Source of the DNA: a bacterium
Lineage (GTDB): Bacteria > UBA8248
Assembly: GCA_965213625.1 (NCBI GenBank)
Contig: CBDBZU010000004.1
Coordinates: forward strand, 2,784,001 to 2,848,000
DNA length: 64,000 bases
Reading direction: 5' to 3'
Shown here: in pieces, positions 37,956-47,935 of the stretch
Layout of the letters: each line of letters starts with the position of its first letter
How positions within the stretch are numbered: the first letter of the stretch is position 1
Position numbers and translations under genes: made by a program
The notes under the pieces: model-generated
What the model was told of the DNA's origin: nothing
Databases searched by the model: none
What the model saw: only the letters and a program-made list of their open reading frames with translations

Positions 37956-40154
37956 TTGGGCAAAGAGCTGCTTTTTGAAATTGGAACCGAAGAGATCCCC
38001 TCTACGTACATGCCGGGGATGATTGCCGCGCTGAAAGACCGGGCGGAAGCGGCGTTTACCGAAAAGCGCCTGGATTACGAGGGTCTGGAGACGCTCGGAA
38101 CGCCAAGAAGACTTGTATTGCATGTGGCCGATTTGGCGGAGCGTCAACAGCCGCTTCAAGAGGAGATTCTGGGACCTCCCGTGAAAAACGCATTCGATGA
38201 AGACGGGAACCCGACGAAAGCGGCTCTCGGCTTCGCCAGGACGAACGGGGCGGAAGTATCCGAATTAAAGAAGGTGGAAACGCCCAAGGGCGCGCGCCTG
38301 ATGTATTTCAGAGAAGACTTAGGGGGTGAGACCAAAGCCGTTTTGGGGTCTTTGCTGACGAAGCTCATCCAGGATTTGCCGTCTCCTAAATCAATGCGCT
38401 GGGGAGCCGGCAAGTTCTCCTTTGTTCGGCCCGTGCAATGGGTTTTGGCTCTTTATGGCGAGGAATGCGTCGAAGGCTCCGTATCTGGTGAGGATGCTTC
38501 GATTCCTTCCTTTGGTTCGTTCACATACGGCCATAGGTTTCATAGCAATAAAAAACTAAATATCAATAGCTTTCACGAATATATTCAAGTTTTGAATGAA
38601 AATGTTGTAGAGCCTGTCGTCGATGACGGAAACAGGGGCGGGCGCATTCCCATGGTGCGTGAGAGCGTCCTGGAAGCGGCGGAGTCTGCTGGTGGTGAAC
38701 CCGCGGCGGATGCGGAGGCTGTGGAGCGGCTGGTGGAGAAAGTGGCGCATTTGGTCGAGTGGCCGTTTCCTGTGGCGTGCGAGTTCGATGAGAAATTTTT
38801 GGATCTGCCGAGCGAGGTCATCATCTCCACCCTGGAGGTGCACCAGAGATGCTTTGCGCTCAAGGAAAAGGAAGGAGAGCGCCTCATTCCCTCCTTCATC
38901 GGCGTGAGCAACACGCGGGCGAAGGAAATGGGCGTAGTACGGAAAGGTTATGAGCGCGTCGTGCGCGCGAGATTGGAAGACGCTGAATTCTATTGGCGGC
39001 AGGACCTCGGAACGCCCCTCGTCGAAATGGCGGAGGGGTTGAAGGGAGTTGTCTATCACCCGAGACTCGGCACGAGTTGGGACAAGGTCGAGCGCTTCAG
39101 GCGTCTGAGCGCATGGCTGTGCGAGAAGCTCGCTCCGGGCGATACCGCCCTGGCGAGTACCGTGGACGAGGCGGCCGCTCTGTGCAAGGCGGATTTAACC
39201 AGTGGCATGGTCTATGAATTCCCCGAGCTTCAAGGAGTCATGGGCAGGCGCTATGCCGAGCGTGAGGACAGGGACGAGGCGGTATCCCGTGCCATATATG
39301 AGCATTATCTCCCAAGGGGCGAGGGAGACGACCTGCCGGACGACCGTGTAGGCGCAATCGTGGGGCTCGCCGACCGCATGGACACTATCGTCGGCATGGT
39401 GGGACTGGGCTATCTACCCAGCGGCTCTGAGGACCCGTACGCGCTCAGACGCGCTGCTAACGCGATTCTGCTTATCCTGGAAGACAAGGGTTTCAGGATA
39501 TCCTTGCCCGAATGGGTGGGGGTCGCGAGCGAACCTCTTGAGGATAAGTTCAAAGGCGGCGGCGCCAAGGCGTCAAAAAGAATTTTGGGTTTTCTGCGCA
39601 ACCGGGTGTCCGCCTATCTCTCGCGAGGAGGCGCGCGCGGCGACCTGGTGGAGGCGGTACTTGCGGCGGGAGGCGACTCGGGCTGGCGCGATGTGATAGA
39701 TGCGCGGGCGCGTCTCCGCGCATTGGAGCGGTTGGCGTCGAGCGAAGAGACCTTCGAGCCGCTCACGACGACATTCAAACGGGTGAGCAACATCATCCGT
39801 CAGGCGAAAGAGGGTGGTGAACAAGATACAGCGGACAGCCTGGATACGCAGCTTCTTGTGGATGACGCCGAGAAGAGGCTGAACGAGTCATTGGACGCCG
39901 TTTCAGATGCAGTGAAAGAAGTGCTGGCGAACGTCCGCGCGGGAGACGCGACCTCGCTGGAGGAAGCCTACGTTTCGGCGAATACTTCCATCGCGGAAAT
40001 CCGCCCGGTGGTGGATGAGTTTTTCGATGAAGTGATGGTCATGGACGAGGATACCGCTTTAAGGAAAAACCGCCTTGCGCTGATGGCCGGCGTGGGCGCA
40101 CTGTTTTCGGCGAATGCGGATTTCACGAAAATTCAGTTAAGGGCGACGAAATGA
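37956..40154 (+). CDS. glyS: Glycine--tRNA ligase beta subunit
   Basis: LLFEIGTEEIP, TPRRL, KSMRWG, EFPELQGVMG, GSEDPYALRR, RKNRLAL. Confidence 0.96.
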   Translation: MGKELLFEIGTEEIPSTYMPGMIAALKDRAEAAFTEKRLDYEGLETLGTPRRLVLHVADLAERQQPLQEEILGPPVKNAFDEDGNPTKAALGFARTNGAEVSELKKVETPKGARLMYFREDLGGETKAVLGSLLTKLIQDLPSPKSMRWGAGKFSFVRPVQWVLALYGEECVEGSVSGEDASIPSFGSFTYGHRFHSNKKLNINSFHEYIQVLNENVVEPVVDDGNRGGRIPMVRESVLEAAESAGGEPAADAEAVERLVEKVAHLVEWPFPVACEFDEKFLDLPSEVIISTLEVHQRCFALKEKEGERLIPSFIGVSNTRAKEMGVVRKGYERVVRARLEDAEFYWRQDLGTPLVEMAEGLKGVVYHPRLGTSWDKVERFRRLSAWLCEKLAPGDTALASTVDEAAALCKADLTSGMVYEFPELQGVMGRRYAEREDRDEAVSRAIYEHYLPRGEGDDLPDDRVGAIVGLADRMDTIVGMVGLGYLPSGSEDPYALRRAANAILLILEDKGFRISLPEWVGVASEPLEDKFKGGGAKASKRILGFLRNRVSAYLSRGGARGDLVEAVLAAGGDSGWRDVIDARARLRALERLASSEETFEPLTTTFKRVSNIIRQAKEGGEQDTADSLDTQLLVDDAEKRLNESLDAVSDAVKEVLANVRAGDATSLEEAYVSANTSIAEIRPVVDEFFDEVMVMDEDTALRKNRLALMAGVGALFSANADFTKIQLRATK

Positions 40155-40221
40155 TCAGAGCCGTATGCCGCCACCCATAACTATTGTTTAGTCGCGCGAG
40201 GGGCGCGGGAGGATGCAGGTG

Positions 40222-42870
40222 ATGACGGAAAAGATGATTTATTCCTTTGGGGCCGGGCGAACCGATGGCAGCGCTGAAATGCGCGAACTGTTGGGTGGTA
40301 AGGGCGCGAATCTGGCGGAGATGGCGAGCCTGGACATCCCTGTGCCGCCTGGCTTTACCATCACCACGCAGGTTTGCGTCGATTATCTGAAGCAAAACGC
40401 GTTTCCCGAAGGCCTCTGGGAGGGCGTGAAAGAGCAGATGGCGCGCCTCGAAGAAGCGATGGGAGCGCAATTCGGCGGCGATGAGAATCCACTTTTGGTG
40501 AGCGTGCGTTCGGGCGCGCGCGATTCGATGCCGGGGATGATGGATACCGTCCTGAATTTGGGCATGAACGACATGACGGTTGTCGCCCTCGAGAAAAAAT
40601 CGGGTAGCCGCCGTTTCGCATACGACAGCTACCGCAGGTTCATCAACATGTTCGGCAACGTGGTCCTCGAGATGGAGCACCATGATTTTGAATCGAAGAT
40701 CGAGGCGATGAAACAACGCAAGGGGGCCGCGTCCGATTTGGATCTGACGGCGGACGACTTGGCCGAACTGGTGGACGAATACGCCGCCCTCGTGAAAGAA
40801 AAAACGGGAACGAGTTTCCCTCAGGACCCTTACGAACAACTTCGCCTGGCCATAGAAGCGGTGTTCAAATCCTGGAACAACGATCGCGCCTTTACCTACC
40901 GCAGGCTGTATCACATTCCCCATGACTGGGGCACCGCCGTGAACGTGCAGTGCATGGTCTACGGCAACATGGGAGAGGATTGCGGCACCGGGGTCGCTTT
41001 CTCACGAAACCCTGCGACGGGCGAGCACGCACTCTATGGCGAAATTCTATTCAACGCCCAGGGCGAAGACGTGGTGGCGGGCATCAGGACGCCTGAATCT
41101 ATCGAAAGTCTCAAGGAAAAGATGCCCGAGTGTTACACCGAGTTTGAAATCATTACCGAAAAGCTCGAAGCCCATTACAAAGATATGCAGGACATGGAGT
41201 TCACGATTCAAAACGGACGCCTGTTCATGCTCCAGACGAGAAACGGCAAGCGAACGGCGGCGGCGGCCGTGCGCATCGCCATTCAGTTGGTGAGGGAGAG
41301 CGTGATAGACAGACGAACCGCCTTGAAGATGGTGGATCCTGACAGCCTCGATCAGTTGCTGCATCCGACAATTGATGCCGAGGATGAGTTGAAAGTGGTA
41401 GCCACCGGTCTGGCCGCATCTCCTGGCGCCGCCGTTGGTCGGGTGGTCTTTAGCGCCTCGGACGCTGTGGAGCGGGCCGAAGCAGGGGACCCCGTCATCC
41501 TGGTGCGCCAGGAGACGAGCCCGGAAGATATCAACGGGATGAACGTTTCCCAGGGAATCCTCACGGCTCGCGGCGGACTCACCTCGCATGCGGCCGTCGT
41601 CGCGAGACAGATGGGAAAATGTTGCGTCACCGGTTGCAGCGCCCTGAACGTCATGGCGGATGAAAAGGTGATGCGCATGAATGGCGAGACGGTATTGGAG
41701 GGCGATTATATTTCATTGAACGGTACGACCGGTGAGGTGATTCTGGGCGAGGCGAAACTCAAGCAGCCCGAGCTTTCCGGGGATTTCGCTACCTTGATGG
41801 AATGGGCGGATGAGATCAGAACCATGGGCGTTCGCGCCAACGCCGATACTGTGACGGATAGCGAGGCGGCCCTCAATTTCGGTTGCGAGGGAATCGGCCT
41901 GTGCCGAACGGAGCATATGTTCTTCGAGGGAGAGCGCATCGACTACGTGCGCGCGATGATTCTGGCGGCTACGGAGGAAGGTAGACGAGATGCACTCAAC
42001 CATCTCCTGCCCATGCAGCGCAAGGATTTCATCGGCATCTTCGAAGTTATGAAAGAAAGACCCGTGACGATCAGGTTACTGGATCCGCCGCTTCACGAAT
42101 TTTTGCCCAAAACACAAGAAGACATGGAACATGTGGCCAGGCTCCTGGGCGTGGGTCTCGACACGGTTCGCCAGGCTACCGAAGCGACCGAAGAGCAGAA
42201 CCCCATGTTGGGCCACCGAGGCTGTCGACTGGTAGTCACCTATCCTGAAATTGCCGAAATGCAGGTGCGCGCCATCATCGAGGCGGCCTGTGAGATGAAA
42301 TCACGGGGCGTGGACGTATTGCCTGAAATCATGATTCCTCTTACATCGGGCATAGGGGAGTGGGAGTTCAACCGCGACATCGTGCATGACATCGCCGGTA
42401 AGGTGATCAAGGAAACTGGCGTCACGCCCCGGTATCTTACGGGCACGATGATCGAAATTCCCAGGGCTTGCCTCCTGGCGGGAGAAATTGCCGACAGCGC
42501 GGAATTCTTCAGTTTCGGGACGAACGATTTGACGCAGTTGACCTATGGCTTGAGCCGCGATGACGCAGGTTGGTTCCTGCCTAAATACATCGAAAAGGAT
42601 CTGATTCCCAGAGATCCTTTCGTCGCCGTCGACCGCGAGGGAGTGGGGGAGATGGTGCAAATCGGTATTGAACGCGGCCGCGCGAGAAGGGAAAATCTCG
42701 AGGTGGGCATCTGCGGGGAACATGGCGGCGAACCCACCTCGGTTGAGTTTTGCCACATGATGAAAATGGATTACGTCTCTTGCGCGCCGTACCGGGCGCC
42801 GATTGCGAGGCTCGCCGCTGCCCAGGCGGCAATCACGCACGGCTCATACCAGACGGTTGAGATCCATTGA
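40222..42870 (+). CDS. ppdK: Pyruvate, phosphate dikinase
   Basis: LGGKGANLAEM, SMPGMMDTVLN, GGLTSHAAVVAR, GLCRTEHMF, GICGEHGG. Confidence 0.97.
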   Translation: MTEKMIYSFGAGRTDGSAEMRELLGGKGANLAEMASLDIPVPPGFTITTQVCVDYLKQNAFPEGLWEGVKEQMARLEEAMGAQFGGDENPLLVSVRSGARDSMPGMMDTVLNLGMNDMTVVALEKKSGSRRFAYDSYRRFINMFGNVVLEMEHHDFESKIEAMKQRKGAASDLDLTADDLAELVDEYAALVKEKTGTSFPQDPYEQLRLAIEAVFKSWNNDRAFTYRRLYHIPHDWGTAVNVQCMVYGNMGEDCGTGVAFSRNPATGEHALYGEILFNAQGEDVVAGIRTPESIESLKEKMPECYTEFEIITEKLEAHYKDMQDMEFTIQNGRLFMLQTRNGKRTAAAAVRIAIQLVRESVIDRRTALKMVDPDSLDQLLHPTIDAEDELKVVATGLAASPGAAVGRVVFSASDAVERAEAGDPVILVRQETSPEDINGMNVSQGILTARGGLTSHAAVVARQMGKCCVTGCSALNVMADEKVMRMNGETVLEGDYISLNGTTGEVILGEAKLKQPELSGDFATLMEWADEIRTMGVRANADTVTDSEAALNFGCEGIGLCRTEHMFFEGERIDYVRAMILAATEEGRRDALNHLLPMQRKDFIGIFEVMKERPVTIRLLDPPLHEFLPKTQEDMEHVARLLGVGLDTVRQATEATEEQNPMLGHRGCRLVVTYPEIAEMQVRAIIEAACEMKSRGVDVLPEIMIPLTSGIGEWEFNRDIVHDIAGKVIKETGVTPRYLTGTMIEIPRACLLAGEIADSAEFFSFGTNDLTQLTYGLSRDDAGWFLPKYIEKDLIPRDPFVAVDREGVGEMVQIGIERGRARRENLEVGICGEHGGEPTSVEFCHMMKMDYVSCAPYRAPIARLAAAQAAITHGSYQTVEIH

Positions 42871-42886
42871 TCGGGATTTCACTTTA

Positions 42887-44032
42887 ATGGTTCGTCTCTC
42901 CGCCGAGCGTAAAAACGAGTTGATGGCTGAAGCGCTGTCTCTTGCGGCGCGCGCAGAGGGAATGACGAGTCCCAACCCGCTCGTAGGGGCTATTGTTCTT
43001 GACGCCGAAGGAGAGTTTGCGGGTCGAGGCTGGCATCAAAAGGCGGGGGAGCCTCACGCAGAAGTTCTGGCTCTTCAAGAAGCGGGTGAGCGTGCACGAG
43101 ACGGCGTCTTGATCGTCACATTAGAGCCGTGCTCTCACCAGGGCAGAACGCCCCCCTGCGCGCCTTTCGTAGTGGACGCAGGGATTTCTCAGGTAATAGC
43201 AGCAGTCTCGGACCCGAATCCACAAGTCTCCGGCGAGGGAATATCTCACCTGCGTGCGCAAGGCGTCAGTGTGGAAATCGGTGTGCTGGCCGAAGAGGCA
43301 GTGCGCCAGAATGAAGTCTATTTTCACTGGTGGCGGCGAGGTCGACCTTTTCTTGCCCTGAAGGCCGCCGCGAGTCTGGATGGGAAAATTGCCACCCGAA
43401 CTGGTCAGAGCAGGTGGATAACGGGCGAGGCGGCGCGAAACGCGGGCCATCAATTCAGAAACAAAGTGGACGCCATTCTGGTAGGCGTGGAAACGGTGCT
43501 GAAAGATGATCCGTTGCTTACGGCGCGGCCCGACGGGGTTGTAGGCAAGCCGTTGACGAGGATTGTCCTGGATTCCAATCTTAGAACACCGGCTCGCGCA
43601 CGCGTACTGCCCCCGCAGGAGGGGTGTTCCACCATCGTTGCGACTACGGGTGCGGCTCCCACGGCCAAGGAAGAGGCATTGCGTGGCGCAGGTGCTGAAA
43701 TCATCCGCGTAGAAGCAAACCCGGAAGACCGGGTGTCACTCGCGCCTCTTTTAGAAGAGTTGGGCATCCGCGGCGTTCGTCATATTCTTGTGGAAGGCGG
43801 CGGGCGTGTGCACGGTTCCTTCATCAGGGAGGGTTTGGCGGATCGGTTCCTTTATTTTCTGTCGCCTATGGTGGTGGGGGACCATGAAGCTCCGGACGCG
43901 ATTTCTGGCCTTGATGAAGATGCATTGCAATCCCTGCCCAGGTTAATTAATGTATCACATGAAGTTATTGGCGATGATTTATTGATTCAAGGATATTTCA
44001 ATAAACCGATCTGGCAAGATATTGGGGATTGA
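42887..44032 (+). CDS. ribD: Bifunctional riboflavin deaminase/reductase
   Basis: TSPNPLVG, HAE, TLEPCSHQGRTPPC, SLDGKIA, VEGG. Confidence 0.96.
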   Translation: MVRLSAERKNELMAEALSLAARAEGMTSPNPLVGAIVLDAEGEFAGRGWHQKAGEPHAEVLALQEAGERARDGVLIVTLEPCSHQGRTPPCAPFVVDAGISQVIAAVSDPNPQVSGEGISHLRAQGVSVEIGVLAEEAVRQNEVYFHWWRRGRPFLALKAAASLDGKIATRTGQSRWITGEAARNAGHQFRNKVDAILVGVETVLKDDPLLTARPDGVVGKPLTRIVLDSNLRTPARARVLPPQEGCSTIVATTGAAPTAKEEALRGAGAEIIRVEANPEDRVSLAPLLEELGIRGVRHILVEGGGRVHGSFIREGLADRFLYFLSPMVVGDHEAPDAISGLDEDALQSLPRLINVSHEVIGDDLLIQGYFNKPIWQDIGD

Positions 44033-44036
44033 AAAG

Positions 44037-44687
44037 GTGTTCAGCGGAATAATCGAAACAGTGGGCTCAATTCGTACACTGAATAAAGACGCCAAAGGCG
44101 CGCGAATCGCTATCGAGGCGCCGAGTGTTTTGGATGGTGTGCAGCTCGGAGATTCCATCGCCCTCAATGGCGTTTGCATCACGGTAGTCGATTTTGACGA
44201 AAGAAAGTTCGAAGCCGATTTGTCCGTCGAGACGCTGCGGCGTACCAATTTAGGGGAACTGGCCGTCGGCGACAGATGCAATCTGGAGCGAGCCATGGCG
44301 CTGGGAGAACGCCTTGGCGGACATCTTGTAAGCGGCCATGTGGACGGCGTGGGCAGAATCCGCAGTAGAAAAAATGAGGGTGACTCCATCTGGCTCACTT
44401 TCGATGCGCCGGTGGAGGTGATGCACTATGTCGTTTATAAAGGGTCAATCGCAGTTGATGGAATCAGCCTGACGGTGGCGGCGTGTGATAATGAAACTTT
44501 TTCAGTTTCGATTATTCGGCATACGAGCGAGCAAACGACGCTCACTGAGAAGAAAGACGGCGCCGCTGTGAACCTGGAGGCGGATTTGATAGGGAAATAC
44601 GTGGAGAAGTTGCTCACGCCTCACGCGGAATCAAGGTCTCAAGATGGCGTCACGATGGAAAAACTGAAGGAGCAAGGCTATGCCTGA
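44037..44687 (+). CDS. ribE: Riboflavin synthase (alpha chain)
   Basis: MFSGIIE (GTG start), GDSIALNGVC, GGHLVSGHVD, KGSIAVDGISLTV. Confidence 0.95.
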   Translation: MFSGIIETVGSIRTLNKDAKGARIAIEAPSVLDGVQLGDSIALNGVCITVVDFDERKFEADLSVETLRRTNLGELAVGDRCNLERAMALGERLGGHLVSGHVDGVGRIRSRKNEGDSIWLTFDAPVEVMHYVVYKGSIAVDGISLTVAACDNETFSVSIIRHTSEQTTLTEKKDGAAVNLEADLIGKYVEKLLTPHAESRSQDGVTMEKLKEQGYA

Positions 44688-45912
44688 GCCGAGAGAGGGA
44701 AAGAATTTCGAAGAAAGTCCTTTCTCCACGATTGAAGAGGCGATAGGCGATATTCGCGAGGGCCGCATTGTTGTTCTCGTGGATGATGAGGACCGCGAGA
44801 ACGAGGGCGATTTCATCCTGGCTGCCGAGAGAGTGACGCCTGAGACGATCAACTTCATGACGAAATATGCGCGTGGTCTGGTTTGTCTCGCGCTAACGCC
44901 CGAAAAGGTGGAATCCCTGGGTCTGCCCATGATGGTGCCCAGCGGCCAGAATGGCTCCGCTTTCGGGACGGCTTTCACGGTTTCCATAGAAGCTCGCGAA
45001 GGCGTCACGACGGGAATCAGCGCATTCGACAGGGCCCACACGATAAAAACCGCGATACAGGCAGACGCAAGGCCGTCGGACCTCGTGACACCCGGCCACA
45101 TTTTCCCGCTGCGGGCGCAGCCGGGGGGCGTGCTCAGGCGGGCGGGGCACACGGAGGGCACGGTGGATTTAGCCCGTCTGGCCGGCCTTCAGCCTGCGGG
45201 GGTTCTTTGTGAGGTTTTGAATGAAGACGGCTCGATGGCGCGTCTTCCCAACCTGCGAAAGATAGCGGATAAAAACAACCTCTCCCTCGTGACCATCAAG
45301 GACCTCATCGCATATCGCATGCGCCACGATCGTCTTGTGGAGCGTGTGGAGGAAGCCGAGGTGCCGACGGCGTTTGGTACCTTCAAAGTGTATGCGTACC
45401 ACAATCAAAGCAGCGGAAGGATTCACGCCGCATTGGTAATGGGCGAACTGAACCCGGATGAGCCCACCCATATTCGTGTGCAGCCGGTAAACGCTATCTG
45501 GGATTTGTTGGCGCTGTTGCGCACGGATTGTCCGGACAGAATCAAGAACGCACTTGCCAAAATTCAGGAAGCGGGCAAGGGAGTGCTGGTTTTTTTGCAG
45601 CCCGATTCAATGGGAGAGGAATCCGCGAGAACAGAGAAAGTGACCGCCGACATGCGTGAGATGGGTCAGAAAATCGGAATCAAGAGCGCACCATTCGAAG
45701 GTTTGCGTGACTACGGCATCGGCGCCCAGATACTGGTGGATCTGGGCTTGCGCCGGATTCGAATCATGACGAATGATGAGCGCCGTATTGTGGCGCTCGA
45801 AGGCTATGGCCTCGAACTTGAGGACAGGGTGGCGTTGGACATGGAGCCACCCTTGCCGTCTTTGCAAAAAAAGAGGAAGGATGACAAGGAGTCCTACTTG
45901 CAGCGTCCATGA
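44680..45912 (+). CDS. ribB: DHBP synthase fused to a degenerate GTP cyclohydrolase II domain (RibBX type)
   Basis: DDEDRENEGD, TAFTVS, GHIFPL, RAGHTE are intact; C-terminal domain keeps RDYGIGAQIL but lacks the Zn-binding Cys motif. Confidence 0.9.
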   Translation: MPEPREGKNFEESPFSTIEEAIGDIREGRIVVLVDDEDRENEGDFILAAERVTPETINFMTKYARGLVCLALTPEKVESLGLPMMVPSGQNGSAFGTAFTVSIEAREGVTTGISAFDRAHTIKTAIQADARPSDLVTPGHIFPLRAQPGGVLRRAGHTEGTVDLARLAGLQPAGVLCEVLNEDGSMARLPNLRKIADKNNLSLVTIKDLIAYRMRHDRLVERVEEAEVPTAFGTFKVYAYHNQSSGRIHAALVMGELNPDEPTHIRVQPVNAIWDLLALLRTDCPDRIKNALAKIQEAGKGVLVFLQPDSMGEESARTEKVTADMREMGQKIGIKSAPFEGLRDYGIGAQILVDLGLRRIRIMTNDERRIVALEGYGLELEDRVALDMEPPLPSLQKKRKDDKESYLQRP

Positions 45913-45931
45913 ATAGGGATTTGGAGAGGTA

Positions 45932-46432
45932 ATGGGTAATCCGGTGGAAGGTAATCTGAACGGGCGGGGTCTGCGAATAGGCTTGGTCTCATCGCGATTT
46001 AACGATTTTATCGTGACGAACCTCGTGCGAGGGGCCGAAACGGCATTGCGGCAATGCGGCGTATCCGCGTCCAATATTGCGTACGTGCAGGTGCCAGGCT
46101 CATTCGAGCTTCCGGCAGCTGCGATGAAAATGGCGAAATCACAAAAATATGACGCCATCGTATGCCTGGGCTGCGTGATACGGGGCGCTACCTCTCACTA
46201 CGATTTGGTGTGCGCCGAAGCGACGAAGGGCATTGCCCAGGTGGGCGCTCAGACGGGGGTGCCGACAATATTCGCCGTCGTCACGACGGATACGATTGAG
46301 CAGGCCATCGAACGTGCAGGAACGAAGATGGGCAACAAGGGATATGAAGGCGCCTTGGCGGCTGTAGAAATGGCGAATTTATTTTTGACAATGGATGGGG
46401 ATGGGAACGACGCTCTCGAAGAGGGAAACTAA
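45932..46432 (+). CDS. ribH: 6,7-dimethyl-8-ribityllumazine synthase
   Basis: [36 protein letters not shown]. Confidence 0.97.
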   Translation: MGNPVEGNLNGRGLRIGLVSSRFNDFIVTNLVRGAETALRQCGVSASNIAYVQVPGSFELPAAAMKMAKSQKYDAIVCLGCVIRGATSHYDLVCAEATKGIAQVGAQTGVPTIFAVVTTDTIEQAIERAGTKMGNKGYEGALAAVEMANLFLTMDGDGNDALEEGN

Positions 46433-46845
46433 TGGTGGAGAACAGAAAGGCCGGACGAGAGCTTGCGTTTCATATTCTCTATCATGCCGATCGCATCGGA
46501 AGTTTCACGCCGGAGGAAGTCGAGCGTTATTGGCAGTTGCATCCGGCGGATGAGGGTTCAAAAATTTTTGCCGATAAGTTAATCGCGCTCACTTTGGAGA
46601 AAGTTGGGCAGATTGACGATTTGCTCACTGAAGCAAGCGCCAGTTGGTCGCTCGAACGTATGGATGCCGTATCAAGAAGCATACTTCGCTTGGGTGTTTG
46701 CGAAATGTATTATTTCCCGGATGTCCCACCTGCGGTCACGATGGATGAAGCGATTCGCCTTGCCAAACGTTATGGACCGGAGAATGCTCCCGGTTTCGTA
46801 AACGGAATTCTGGATCGCCTCCACCAAGAGAAAACGACGGTCTAG
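46432..46845 (+). CDS. nusB: Transcription antitermination factor NusB
   Basis: RELAFHILY, WSLERM...RSILRL, DEAIRLAKRYG..FVNGILD; follows ribH. Confidence 0.93.
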   Translation: MVENRKAGRELAFHILYHADRIGSFTPEEVERYWQLHPADEGSKIFADKLIALTLEKVGQIDDLLTEASASWSLERMDAVSRSILRLGVCEMYYFPDVPPAVTMDEAIRLAKRYGPENAPGFVNGILDRLHQEKTTV

Positions 46846-46846
46846 G

Positions 46847-47401
46847 GTGATACGCCTTCGCTTATTTCCACAAGGACTACACGAGGTAAGGAGCTTCGCC
46901 GCGGTTTCCATGTTTGCGGTGGAGGACTATCCGTTTCAAGGATTATTGGGGAAAATTGATAGCTTGCTCGAGAATGAAGCGAGCCGCCTGGTGCAGCAAG
47001 GTAAATTGAGTGGGGCATGGGAGTCTCAGGCCATGCTGGCCTCAAAAGGCCGTCTCGCGCCCGAATACGTACTTTTTGCGGGAATCGGCTCGGTGGAGGA
47101 CTTGACCCTTACGAAACTCTACCGGCGCGCAAAGGAGATTTTTGGAAGAATGATGAAGACATCGGCAAAAAATTTGTCGTTGCAGGTATCCGGCATTGCG
47201 CCATATCCCGGCAGCTTCGTTCCTGTGGCTACGGAGATTATGAACGGCGCGATACGTGGTGTCGTCGGAAATCCTTGGGATGTCGATATTCTTGTTTGCG
47301 AACCGGATGACGAAAAATATGACGAATTGATTGCGCTGAGCGAACATATCGCTTTTAGCAGCGTGAAAAACCGAGAACTCTCCTTGGAGGTCTTGATTTG
47401 A
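46847..47401 (+). CDS. Stand-alone protein resembling the M17 leucyl aminopeptidase N-terminal domain
   Basis: EDYPFQGLLGKID..L....SRL...GKLSG..E.......GRL....VLFAGIG pattern; no catalytic domain. Confidence 0.6.
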   Translation: MIRLRLFPQGLHEVRSFAAVSMFAVEDYPFQGLLGKIDSLLENEASRLVQQGKLSGAWESQAMLASKGRLAPEYVLFAGIGSVEDLTLTKLYRRAKEIFGRMMKTSAKNLSLQVSGIAPYPGSFVPVATEIMNGAIRGVVGNPWDVDILVCEPDDEKYDELIALSEHIAFSSVKNRELSLEVLI

Positions 47402-47934
47402 GCGGGGCGCTGTTGAGGAAAGGTCAAATAATCCGTTTGACTCTCCTTCTGAGTGTTTTTCTGGCGGCGGGTTGCGGCTATGAACTCGAAGGAACTTTAC
47501 GCCCCGAAAACCTGAAAGCAGTACAGACGATTTCGATTTCACCATTCCTGAACCATACGAACGAGCCGGGTCTTGGACGCGCCGTTATGAAAGCGATGAG
47601 AGGTAGATTTTTGTGGGACGGGCGCCTCAGGGTATCCGATTCCGCCGATGCTGACATTGCTCTCGAAGGTGTTTTGCGAGAATATCGTCTTTCTCCCATT
47701 GGCTTCACGCGAGCCGATAGAGTTCAGCAATACCGCGTCGTTGTGCGCACGCAAATTAAGCTGCGCGACAAAGAGCGTAGAAATTTGCTTATCAATCAGG
47801 TCCTGGAATCTTATGCCGAGTTTGTGGTTTCTTCATCAATTGCGCAAAGCGAAACGAACCGTTCTGAGGCCAATCAAAAAGTAGCTGATTCTTTGTCGAG
47901 AGATGTCGTGAGCCTCGTGTTAGAGGGTTTTTAG
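47398..47934 (+). CDS. lptE: LPS assembly lipoprotein LptE
   Basis: Lipobox LAAG-CGY, F.N.T.EPGL, ADIALEG; immediately upstream of holA. Confidence 0.82.
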   Translation: MSGALLRKGQIIRLTLLLSVFLAAGCGYELEGTLRPENLKAVQTISISPFLNHTNEPGLGRAVMKAMRGRFLWDGRLRVSDSADADIALEGVLREYRLSPIGFTRADRVQQYRVVVRTQIKLRDKERRNLLINQVLESYAEFVVSSSIAQSETNRSEANQKVADSLSRDVVSLVLEGF

Positions 47935-47935
47935 A

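Noticed and set aside
36273-38159. 628-aa minus-strand ORF, and similar long ORFs at 12554-13837, 24364-25635, 31213-32244 and 20168-21292
   Set aside because: Antisense or off-frame shadows of well-supported genes in GC-rich DNA, with no recognisable motifs.
42871-42886. FMN riboswitch ahead of the rib operon
   Set aside because: Only 16 nt separate ppdK and ribD, leaving no room and showing no motif.
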